Below are positions 55,493 through 63,031 of a stretch of 63,031 nucleotides of DNA, piece by piece (within the stretch, counting starts at the first letter, position 1; each line of letters opens with the position of its first letter). Origin of the DNA: a virus (taxonomy: Duplodnaviria; Caudoviricetes). The notes beneath the pieces are model-generated. The model searched no databases and was not told the origin of the DNA. It was given only the letters and a program-made list of their open reading frames with translations. The DNA is taken from the IMG/VR virus record IMGVR_UViG_3300045534_000064, positions 1 to 63,031 of that record; one strand, 5' to 3'. The position numbers and the translations under genes are program-made.

Positions 55493-57886
55493 TTGTCACC
55501 GAAAGAATCCACATTCGCCGCGTTCGCGTGGAAGTTCATCGAGCGCGGTATCAGCGTTGTGCCGATCGCCCCCGGCACCAAGCGGCCCGGGCAGTGGTCA
55601 GAACAGAAAGGCTGGGAGGGCATGTCCGACTGGACGCGATTCGCCGCCCGCCTGCCCACGGAACTGGAACTGGAATTCTGGAACACCTGGCCCGATGCCG
55701 GCATTGGCGTCGTGCTGGGAGAATTCTCGAAGTTGATCGGGCTGGACAAAGATTATGACCTGCCGGGAAGTGGTAACGACGCGCTGCAAGCGTTGATCCC
55801 GTGGAGTCCGGTCGCCAAGAAGGGCGAAAAAGGATGGACACGGTTTTACCAATACAACGGCGAGAAGTCGTGTTCTTTCGACTGCAACGGGGTGCGGGTG
55901 CTGGACGTGCTCTCCGACGGACGGCAAACCTTGGTGCCACCCACGGCGCACCCGTCCGGGTGCTCATATGTCTGGATCACACCTGACGCGCTGGATACCA
56001 TTGTCAATGTCACCGACCTTCCCAAGCTGCCGGATGATTTCATCGCCCAGGTAGAGCGGGTGCTGGCACCGTATCAGACCGAGGCCGACAAGAAGTACCA
56101 AAAGAAGAAGCCCGCACACCGTGACGATGGGAAGATCAACACCGACCTATCTATTCAGGCGCAATACTTCCGCGACTTGAACCGGCAGGCGCTTGACCGG
56201 CTGGAGGAGTGGGTGCCGAAGCTCATTCCGACGGCACGGCACGAGCGCACGGGCTGGCGGTGTGTGGCCACCTGGCGGCAGGCCAAGAATTACAACGTCG
56301 GCATTGACCCCAACGGAATACGGGACTGGGGCGGCAATTACGGCATGACGGCCATTGATCTTGTCATGTATGCCAACGGCCTGACGTTTGGCAAAGCAGC
56401 GGAGTCTTTGCGCGCATGTCTGGCCATGAGCGAGCCGGAGCCGATTGTCTTGAATGTTGGCACCGGGGCCGTGACAGCCGTGGCGACACCTCGCCCAGCG
56501 TCACCTGCGGCGCTGCCGTGGAACAAGCCACAACCGGCGCCCGTCCTGCTGCCGCCACAAACCAGCATGGAACCGGCCCCGGCGATTCCGAATTACATCA
56601 ACAACCCGCCAGGGATCTTGGGAGAGATAGCCCGGTGGATCACCCAGACCGCTCCCAAAGCACAGCCGGAATTGTCCGTCGCCGCAGCAATCGCCCTGTG
56701 TTCAGTGGTGATGGGGCGCACCTACCGCAGTCAGTTCGGAAACCGGACTAGCCTGTATCTGGTGATGGTGGCGAAATCAACTGAGGGCAAGGAACACCCG
56801 CAGCAATGCGTCGAGAAGGTGCTCACCGCGGCGCACCTCGAAAACTTGATCGGCGGATCTGGCTACACCTCAGCCGGGGCGGTGTATTCGGCCCTGCTCA
56901 AATCGCCGGCCCACATTGCCACCATCGACGAAATCGGCAAGCTCCTGAAAATGTCGCGCGCCAAGGGCAACGCCCACGCGGAAGCCGCGCTTGATAAGCT
57001 GGTGGAAGCCTTCGGGCGACAAGACGGCATCCTGCGCCCGCCGACCTATTCGACAATGACGCTGAAAGACCATCAAAAGCCGTCGGAGCGGGTGATTCAC
57101 AATCCGGCAATCACGATGTTGGGTGCGACCACACCCAATACCTTTTTCGAAAATCTGACCACAGATTTGGTCAAAGATGGATTCCTAGGGCGCTGCATCG
57201 TGGTCGAATCGCAGCAGCCGCGCCAGCTAACCCGATTCGTCGATCGCACCGACCCCCCGGCCCGGGTGATTGAGTGGTGCCAGGCCGTGCATGTGTCTGG
57301 TGCGGTTGATGGGAACCTGTCTGATGTCGTGGTGTCCGAAGCCCCGGCCAGTGTGGTTCATTTGCCGTTTGCGGCTTCGTGCTTGCCTATCATGGAAGCG
57401 TTCGAGGCCGAGCTGAATGACGCCAAGACAGCCGGGGAGGGAGAGGGCCTGGACGTGCTGTTGGGCCGCAGTCTGGAAAAGTCGCTCAAGCTGGCCATGA
57501 TTGCGGCCAAGGCCGACGACCCAGGCGCGCGCGAGGTCAAGCCGCATCACCTTGAGTGGGCAATCGAGTACGTGCGCCACTATGACAATGCCCTAGTCCG
57601 GGCGGTGCGCCGCAACCGTGTTGAGAGTGTCACCGACGGCGACTTGAAACGGGCTATCGAGTTCATCCGGCACGCCAAGAAGTACAGCAAGGACGCACGA
57701 TTCGGGGCGGCGTGCGCAGCCGGGGCCATGCCACACAGTAAATTGCTCAAGCTGATGAAGATGCCGGCGAAGCAGTTTGCGGAATTGATGGACACGGCCA
57801 CGGAATCGGGCGTGCTCACAAAATCACCCGCCGCGCAGTTCAACGCGGGCGGGTCTTTTGTCTATTGGTTGGGGGACACAGACTGA
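55493..57886 (+). CDS. Bifunctional primase-polymerase fused to a DUF3987-type helicase
   Basis: GISVVPI.PGTK.P, GLDKD, QTLVPPT.HPSG..Y.W; STEGKE, IDEIG, DGFLGR. Confidence 0.88.
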   Translation: MSPKESTFAAFAWKFIERGISVVPIAPGTKRPGQWSEQKGWEGMSDWTRFAARLPTELELEFWNTWPDAGIGVVLGEFSKLIGLDKDYDLPGSGNDALQALIPWSPVAKKGEKGWTRFYQYNGEKSCSFDCNGVRVLDVLSDGRQTLVPPTAHPSGCSYVWITPDALDTIVNVTDLPKLPDDFIAQVERVLAPYQTEADKKYQKKKPAHRDDGKINTDLSIQAQYFRDLNRQALDRLEEWVPKLIPTARHERTGWRCVATWRQAKNYNVGIDPNGIRDWGGNYGMTAIDLVMYANGLTFGKAAESLRACLAMSEPEPIVLNVGTGAVTAVATPRPASPAALPWNKPQPAPVLLPPQTSMEPAPAIPNYINNPPGILGEIARWITQTAPKAQPELSVAAAIALCSVVMGRTYRSQFGNRTSLYLVMVAKSTEGKEHPQQCVEKVLTAAHLENLIGGSGYTSAGAVYSALLKSPAHIATIDEIGKLLKMSRAKGNAHAEAALDKLVEAFGRQDGILRPPTYSTMTLKDHQKPSERVIHNPAITMLGATTPNTFFENLTTDLVKDGFLGRCIVVESQQPRQLTRFVDRTDPPARVIEWCQAVHVSGAVDGNLSDVVVSEAPASVVHLPFAASCLPIMEAFEAELNDAKTAGEGEGLDVLLGRSLEKSLKLAMIAAKADDPGAREVKPHHLEWAIEYVRHYDNALVRAVRRNRVESVTDGDLKRAIEFIRHAKKYSKDARFGAACAAGAMPHSKLLKLMKMPAKQFAELMDTATESGVLTKSPAAQFNAGGSFVYWLGDTD

Positions 57887-58194
57887 GGATCGGGTTTGGG
57901 CTTGCGCGGCCTTTTTACCCCGCTGGGGTAGGGCTGCTTGTTCTTTGCCCCGAGGGGCCGGCCTTTGCCGCGCTTCTCCCCGGGATACACCTTGCCCCGA
58001 GCGCCGGGTACCACAATGTAATCAGGTGAGATACGCCAGCGCCCGCCGATCAGTTGCACCGGGAAAATCATATTGGTGCGGCACCAGTGCGACACGTTAA
58101 GCGGTGTTACCCCTTCGAGCGCGGCCACGTCCGAGGTAGTCAAAAAAGCCCCTATGACAGCGGGCGAAAACACGACCTTTTTTTTCTTTCTCAT
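57862..58194 (-). CDS. Xis/MerR-type HTH protein with AT-hook-like tail
   Basis: LTTSDVAALEGVT...W...GGRWRI; KGRPLGAKNK. Confidence 0.65.
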   Translation of the reverse strand: MRKKKKVVFSPAVIGAFLTTSDVAALEGVTPLNVSHWCRTNMIFPVQLIGGRWRISPDYIVVPGARGKVYPGEKRGKGRPLGAKNKQPYPSGVKRPRKPKPDPQSVSPNQ

Positions 58195-58400
58195 TTTGCA
58201 CCACAGCAAAAGATTCGAAGCAGTCGGGCCTTGATGCTCAAGCCTTCGTGGGTGATCGGCTCTTCATACCTCGCAGGGCCGGTTCTTGCCGTGGAACTGA
58301 CCGACCGATCGGAAGTGTGAATTTCAGCCATCTGAGGTTCGTTGATCGAGCTCGCCACCGATGGAATGATCGATAGCGGTGGGCTGTATTGAGTTTTCAT
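58191..58400 (-). CDS. Hypothetical protein
   Basis: AGGAG SD, coupled ORF. Confidence 0.45.
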   Translation of the reverse strand: MKTQYSPPLSIIPSVASSINEPQMAEIHTSDRSVSSTARTGPARYEEPITHEGLSIKARLLRIFCCGAK

Positions 58401-58502
58401 TGGTTGCTCCTAAGTATCTGAATTCTTTTAACAAACTGTCGATTTGTGCCTGCATAAAATCAGCTCCTACCTGCTCGTAAATCTTCGACAACCATTCCTT
58501 CG

Positions 58503-58706
58503 TCATGTCGCCTCGCGTTGAAATTTGGGCAACGGTGCCCAATGAGTCCAGTATTTGTACTTCGGGTTGTGTGTCCCGTACGCGGCGCACCCCATGTTTG
58601 CGTTAATCAACTGCACCTTCTTCCCTTGCGGGCATGTTTCGATGGGGCGCCAGTAGTAATCGGTGTCGATCACCGCCGCGCCGTCGCTGGAATCCTTGAT
58701 GCTCAA
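58503..58706 (-). CDS. DUF551-like small protein
   Basis: WRPIETCP...THWAPLP; GGAGG SD, TTG start. Confidence 0.65.
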   Translation of the reverse strand: MSIKDSSDGAAVIDTDYYWRPIETCPQGKKVQLINANMGCAAYGTHNPKYKYWTHWAPLPKFQREAT

Positions 58707-58854
58707 CGGGGATACCTCCAGCACGAAAGCCAGACAGACGGAATGACAACGGCGTAAGCCCACCACATTGCCACCGCTGACCAGTATGGGGAGTCGGCGC
58801 TTGGAACCACCGCAGGGGCCGAATAAACAAGCGTCAGGTTCCTAGTCAGGTGCC

Positions 58855-58980
58855 TCATTTGTTTGCCTCGCACTGTATGGCCGGAGGAGTGGATGCCGAA
58901 TCAACCGCAGCGGTGACTTTGTTGCCGCCCCACCAGCCGATCGCCGTGAAGAACCCGAGCAAAATTGAGGTCGCAATCAT
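58855..58980 (-). CDS. Small membrane peptide (41 aa)
   Basis: MIATSILLGFFTAIGWWGG...; overlaps neighbours via ATGA. Confidence 0.45.
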   Translation of the reverse strand: MIATSILLGFFTAIGWWGGNKVTAAVDSASTPPAIQCEANK

Positions 58981-59201
58981 GTCTGTTTTCCTTTTTCGGG
59001 TTGTTTGCCGCCCACCTGCCCAAGTTCTGCCTTCAACCTCTCGGCCAGCGCACGGGCAGCCCCGGCGTGCATCAGTTTGTTTTCGACGATATAGCTTTCG
59101 GCCTTGGCCACAACATCGCGAATGACCTCTTGCCGCACGCTACGATCCACGGCCCGGGCTATTGCCGCGCCGGTGAGCACTGTTCTGGATATGCTAGACA
59201 T
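58977..59201 (-). CDS. Hypothetical protein
   Basis: Coupled ORF, GGAGG SD. Confidence 0.55.
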   Translation of the reverse strand: MSSISRTVLTGAAIARAVDRSVRQEVIRDVVAKAESYIVENKLMHAGAARALAERLKAELGQVGGKQPEKGKQT

Positions 59202-59580
59202 TGTGCCAAGTCCTCCGAATGGTTATTGGCGCCTCGCGTTCTGACCGTTCGCGCAGCCGTTTCAGTCTTTTCTGCATCATCTCTTCCCACCTGACTTCAA
59301 GATTTTTCCGGCGCCGAGCCACAAGTTCCGCGTGAGTCAATGCCCGTGGTTTCGGGCAGTCTGTGCCCTTGCCCAATTTATAGACGGGGATCCAGTGGTG
59401 ATAGATCGAAACCCACCTGGCAATCCGGCAGATACGCGCGCCGTGGATCCGCGCCAACATGCGCTGAGCGGTTCGCTGGTCGCAATGCACCATCGCCGCC
59501 AAGTCGTATTTGGAAATGACGTGACCTTCGTTCAGAAGTTTCACGGCATCAAGCTCTACTCGTGATTTTCTAGGCATCAT
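59194..59580 (-). CDS. Basic wHTH-like protein
   Basis: SKYDLAAMVHCDQRTAQRML...PVYKLG.G.D.PKP. Confidence 0.6.
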   Translation of the reverse strand: MMPRKSRVELDAVKLLNEGHVISKYDLAAMVHCDQRTAQRMLARIHGARICRIARWVSIYHHWIPVYKLGKGTDCPKPRALTHAELVARRRKNLEVRWEEMMQKRLKRLRERSEREAPITIRRTWHNV

Positions 59581-59811
59581 TCCCCCGCCATCAAGTTGAT
59601 AATCATTAGGACACAAGCCAAGTACATCATCAGTTTTACTTCTTCGATCGCCATGCCCACTGCCCCCTTCGTAACGAAACACAGCACGCGCACAACCATA
59701 TGGAATGAAACCAATTCTGGCAAAACTTTACCTGCCCGTTCTGTTCTGGGCGTGGGCGAAAGCACCCTATGCAAAATCGGAATACCCCATTCGGGGTCTG
59801 TATTCCGCCTT

Positions 59812-60033
59812 TCACACCAACACCCTAAGCATGAATTTGGCGTAGTCCTCTGCCTTTTCGCTGTCCCACCAAACATCACCATGGCGGGCACCGAAAAAGC
59901 TCTCTACCCCGGGTTGCCGTTGCCAGCCGCGTTCGTCGTAGTACATGAGTGCCGGCGAGGCAGGGAACTCCGAATACTCCACGACATACCAGCCAGGTTT
60001 CGTTGGTTCAGACGTTTCCGCGTTGATCTTCAT
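59812..60033 (-). CDS. Hypothetical protein
   Basis: AGGA SD; PTKPGWY. Confidence 0.55.
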   Translation of the reverse strand: MKINAETSEPTKPGWYVVEYSEFPASPALMYYDERGWQRQPGVESFFGARHGDVWWDSEKAEDYAKFMLRVLV

Positions 60034-60478
60034 TTCGTTCGTCCTTTCCTGTGTCCTTTTGATAATCCATTTGCATTTTTCGCACGCTTTTCAGTTTGCG
60101 GTATGCCATCTGGTACAAGACCCCGGATTGACGTTTCCAGAAGTCAATTGATATGTCGGCCAAAAGTTCGAGAGCGTTTAGCGTGTCCTGAGAAATGGGC
60201 GGGAAGTTTTCGCCGTCCCATGTTGCTCGGATCTCTGAAAGGACGTCGTGCAGGACAACCGCAACCTTTCGCGCCGCCTCATCCCTGGCGCCAATCGCGC
60301 CGAAGTGCAGTAAGTCGCGGGTGTCAAGCAGCACATCGAACTGTGCCGGAGTGGCGTACCCGTCACGGAACGCGGCAACGGCAGACAGGATGAAGATTTC
60401 CACCTCCGGTATGGTGTGCAGATAGACCAGAGTCGGCGCGGCGACCGGGCGCGCGCGCCTTTTGCTGTGTTTTCTCAT
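60008..60478 (-). CDS. Hypothetical protein
   Basis: MRKHSKRR...AFRDG.AT...F..L; GAGG SD. Confidence 0.65.
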   Translation of the reverse strand: MRKHSKRRARPVAAPTLVYLHTIPEVEIFILSAVAAFRDGYATPAQFDVLLDTRDLLHFGAIGARDEAARKVAVVLHDVLSEIRATWDGENFPPISQDTLNALELLADISIDFWKRQSGVLYQMAYRKLKSVRKMQMDYQKDTGKDERNEDQRGNV

Positions 60479-60630
60479 GACGTGACCTCACAGTAACGCT
60501 GCTTCAAAATCGTCCCAATCAATCGGGGCGGGTGGTTTGGTGTATTCGATGAGGTGTGGCACCCCGGCGGGTGGTGGTTCCCACACCCACCGGATTACCT
60601 CGCCCATGTCGTCTAATAGGCCGTAGCGGG

Positions 60631-60987
60631 TCATTCCATCCCCCGCCCGATCTCGGCAGCGGCTCTAGCGATTGCGCGGCGGGTGGCTGCGTAGGGGTCG
60701 TTGCCATTCATTTCGAGTTCAGAGACGCTTGGGAATGACAGCAAGCTATCTGGACATTTTTCGACGTAAGTGCATTTCCCCTGCGGCATGACCTGCAATT
60801 GCAACTTCACCGCCAGCCGCAACGCATCGCCGTCGTCGTCTAGTGGGTTCCATCCCCCTGAGCTTGCTCGCAAAACCCCCGGTTCCGGGGGATGCTTGTA
60901 AGTGCCCGTCGGTTTTCCCGCAAAATCCAGGAACGGCATTGCGCCAGCCGCCTTCGCGGCGAATTCCAGCAGTTCGCGGTCAGTCAT
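60631..60987 (-). CDS. Hypothetical phage protein
   Basis: MTDRELLE.AAKAAG...WNPL.DDGDALRLAVKL...ATRRAI.RAAAEIG. Confidence 0.75.
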   Translation of the reverse strand: MTDRELLEFAAKAAGAMPFLDFAGKPTGTYKHPPEPGVLRASSGGWNPLDDDGDALRLAVKLQLQVMPQGKCTYVEKCPDSLLSFPSVSELEMNGNDPYAATRRAIARAAAEIGRGME

Positions 60988-61283
60988 TCTTGCCCCTCCG
61001 CTTTGGCTAAGGCGGCGCGGGCCGCGTCCATCCCCGCATAATTGATAGTGACCGGCTTACCGGCGTGAACATCGGCCGCCCAATCCAGCAAGCCGCGCAA
61101 CGCCGCCAGCAGATCCGGCGCGGCTGCAATCAAGCGAGCATTGCACCGAAGTTCCGCCAGTCGTCCCTCTCCGAGCCAAGTTGCATTGGCGACGGGGCCG
61201 GTGTCCGAATATATTTGTGGATGCCGTATTGCATACCCATCAGCTGACATTGCGGCCCACGGCCCAGGTGTGTGCTTACTCAT
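60984..61283 (-). CDS. Hypothetical protein (KHTPGPW...NARLIAAAPDLL family)
   Basis: Family motifs. Confidence 0.75.
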   Translation of the reverse strand: MSKHTPGPWAAMSADGYAIRHPQIYSDTGPVANATWLGEGRLAELRCNARLIAAAPDLLAALRGLLDWAADVHAGKPVTINYAGMDAARAALAKAEGQE

Positions 61284-61554
61284 GTTTCTCTCCTGTTGCT
61301 TTGGCTAAGGCGGCGCGGGCCAGTGAAACCGCCTCGTCGTATTTTTCGTGCCATCCGTCAAAGTCCTCGCCTAGGGAGGCTTTCTTAAACGCTTGCAGCG
61401 CTTTTAGCAGATCCGGCGCAGCCGCCATGAGCCGCGCGTTTGCCCTGTCCTCGTCAAAATTGACACCCGTGATGGTGTCGGCTATGCGCTCGCCGTAGGC
61501 CCAAATTTCAAAACCGTGGGCCTCCCAGGGGGCGGGGGTGTGCTTGTTTTTCAT
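61276..61554 (-). CDS. Hypothetical protein, paralogue of 60984..61283
   Basis: KHTPAPW...NARLMAAAPDLL. Confidence 0.75.
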   Translation of the reverse strand: MKNKHTPAPWEAHGFEIWAYGERIADTITGVNFDEDRANARLMAAAPDLLKALQAFKKASLGEDFDGWHEKYDEAVSLARAALAKATGEKHE

Positions 61555-61835
61555 GCCATGTCTCCTGTTGCTTTGGCAATGGCGGCGCGGGCAATTGCAA
61601 TCGCGTCCTCATAGTTTTTATGCCATCCGTTAAAATCGCCGCCAGACGCTTTCTGAAACGCTTGCAATGCTTTGAGCATCATGGCGCTGGCATTCACGGC
61701 GTGCGCCAATTCCTTGGCCACCGTGGCCGGGGGGCAGGCCCCCTCAAGCGTGACAACCTCGCAATAGGTCGAGCCGTCTGGCTCAACCAAGAAGGCCCGG
61801 TGGCCTTCGGTGTGGTAGTTAATTGCCGGTCCCAT
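61551..61835 (-). CDS. Hypothetical protein sharing its C-terminus with 61276..61554
   Basis: LKALQAF.KAS...F.GWH..Y..A...ARAA.AKATG. Confidence 0.7.
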   Translation of the reverse strand: MGPAINYHTEGHRAFLVEPDGSTYCEVVTLEGACPPATVAKELAHAVNASAMMLKALQAFQKASGGDFNGWHKNYEDAIAIARAAIAKATGDMA

Positions 61836-61836
61836 G

Positions 61837-62166
61837 TCACTCCCCTTTCGCAGCGTAAAAGGCGGCCACTTCGGCCTTGATCTCGGCCAGCCGGGCCAAT
61901 GCCTGCCGGTGCAGTTCGGACACGGCCTTTTCAGTGCAGCGGGCGGGGGACTGTGAGAGGGTCTTGGAATAGTCGCCAAACAGCGCATACGTCATAAACC
62001 CGTTTTCGAGCCGGTAAGCCTGGGCACTGGTGCGCAGGCCGCGGGTGCCCTTGCGGGTGGTGATGGACAGGTGCCGGCCGCCTTCGAGCGCAATCCGGGT
62101 TTCGGCTTGCCAGCCGTCGCGGAAATGTTTGGCGATTTGGAATTCGGTGTTCAGTTCGGTGTTCAT
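61837..62166 (-). CDS. Hypothetical protein
   Basis: GAGG SD; ends in AAAGGGGAGTGACATG junction. Confidence 0.7.
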   Translation of the reverse strand: MNTELNTEFQIAKHFRDGWQAETRIALEGGRHLSITTRKGTRGLRTSAQAYRLENGFMTYALFGDYSKTLSQSPARCTEKAVSELHRQALARLAEIKAEVAAFYAAKGE

Positions 62167-62245
62167 GGTCGTTTCCTCGTTCGTTGGTTTGGTTTGTGGT
62201 GCGAATCACACCCCACGACCCAGCACGCTGGGCCGGTGGCTGTGA

Positions 62246-62500
62246 TCAGCGGGCAATGCCGTTGTAAAGGTATTGCGACTCGGCACGAATCCGGCCAAGA
62301 ATCGAACGATCGCGCTGATCTGTTGCGCGATTGAGTGCCATCACAGCGCCGGCGTGGGCGGAAAACATCACGTCGAGCGCGCACTGCGCGCGGCTTTTTT
62401 TCGCAATCCGTTGCGCCGCCAAGTACATTTCGCCAGCGGACACGCAATCAGCGGAGTGCGCTTTGTTGATAAGGTCAATTGCTTGTTTAATCGTTGCCAT
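62246..62500 (-). CDS. Hypothetical protein
   Basis: GGGGAG SD. Confidence 0.55.
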   Translation of the reverse strand: MATIKQAIDLINKAHSADCVSAGEMYLAAQRIAKKSRAQCALDVMFSAHAGAVMALNRATDQRDRSILGRIRAESQYLYNGIAR

Positions 62501-62501
62501 G

Positions 62502-62678
62502 TCACTCCCCTTTTTCCGAAAGATCAATCCGGCCTGCGCAGGCCCAGCCCACAAGTGACGCCACCACGGCGCCGATAACAGCCGCTGGGGTTGAAATCTC
62601 CCCGGCTAGGCCGGCGAGCATGGCCGACAGGCCGAGGCCGATTGAGGCAAACATCGTCAAGGCGTAGGCGTAGATCAT
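62502..62678 (-). CDS. Small two-TM membrane protein
   Basis: Two hydrophobic segments; coupled. Confidence 0.55.
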   Translation of the reverse strand: MIYAYALTMFASIGLGLSAMLAGLAGEISTPAAVIGAVVASLVGWACAGRIDLSEKGE

Positions 62679-62893
62679 TCGTCGATCCCCCGAAAAACGG
62701 CGGCAACAGTCTGGCCGTCGTAGATGCAGTTGTCGGCTTGCAGCAGGTTTTTTTCCCACAGGCTGGCAATGTCCAGTGCGTCGGCCTCATCTGTGGCCAG
62801 CACCACCACTGATCGCTCACCGTCCCACTCGGTGTCGGGGGTTGCTTCGCTCACATCGCCTTCGGCCACCAGATACAGATTTTTTTCGGTCAT
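62675..62893 (-). CDS. Acidic hypothetical protein, first early gene
   Basis: GAGG SD; D/E-rich. Confidence 0.6.
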   Translation of the reverse strand: MTEKNLYLVAEGDVSEATPDTEWDGERSVVVLATDEADALDIASLWEKNLLQADNCIYDGQTVAAVFRGIDE

Positions 62894-62933
62894 TTTCGGT
62901 TCCTCGTTAATTGGTCAGTCGATCGTTGCGGGT

Positions 62934-62986
62934 CAAGAAAATCTCAACCACAACGCCATCATAGTGATTATTTAAACATCTGTAAA
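62934..62986 (-). promoter_or_regulatory. Sigma70 early promoter with downstream operator
   Basis: TTTACA-N17-TATGAT on the minus strand; operator-like CAAG-AAAAT-CTCA at 62934-46. Confidence 0.75.
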
Positions 62987-63031
62987 GCTCTATTTTATTT
63001 TTTTGTCATTTTTTTTGGCGGTCGGCTGGCC

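Larger units (their letters stand above)
1..63031. mobile_element. Temperate podovirus-type phage genome, apparently complete, excised/circular form
   Basis: Full set of terminase, portal, capsid, tail, lysis, integrase, repressor and replication genes; no host genes; internal attP with arm sites on both sides. Confidence 0.93.

Noticed and set aside
62990-63031. Direct terminal repeat or hairpin telomere
   Set aside because: No match to the window start is visible and there is no protelomerase gene.

Overview
The window appears to be an essentially complete ~63 kb temperate tailed phage genome of podovirus type (N4-gp56-family capsid, giant ejected polyvalent protein), probably from a Betaproteobacterium. 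It is in the excised or virion configuration, because an intact attP (3' half of tRNA-Arg(ACG), with arm-type repeats on both sides) lies internally beside a tyrosine integrase. Layout: AT-rich putative origin (1-345); middle, lysis and packaging genes; head, head-spike, tail and ejection genes; a 4635-aa polyvalent protein; attP-int-xis; a leftward recombination/methylase operon; a cI/cro switch; a primase-helicase; and a leftward early operon of small ORFs. Main observations: (1) a two-unit structured non-coding RNA array at 51396-51868, with identical 21-nt stem arms around variable inserts, each interlocked with a tRNA-like cloverleaf; (2) a stand-alone copy of the primase C-terminal domain next to the putative origin; (3) a CI repressor whose S24 autocleavage residues appear lost; (4) six copies of a GTCRAAT-N14-(-10) late promoter; (5) a prfB-like +1 frameshift candidate joining two head-spike paralogues; (6) SD-led +1-frame ORFs nested in linkers of the giant gene. 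All family assignments come from motif recognition by eye; no searches were run.
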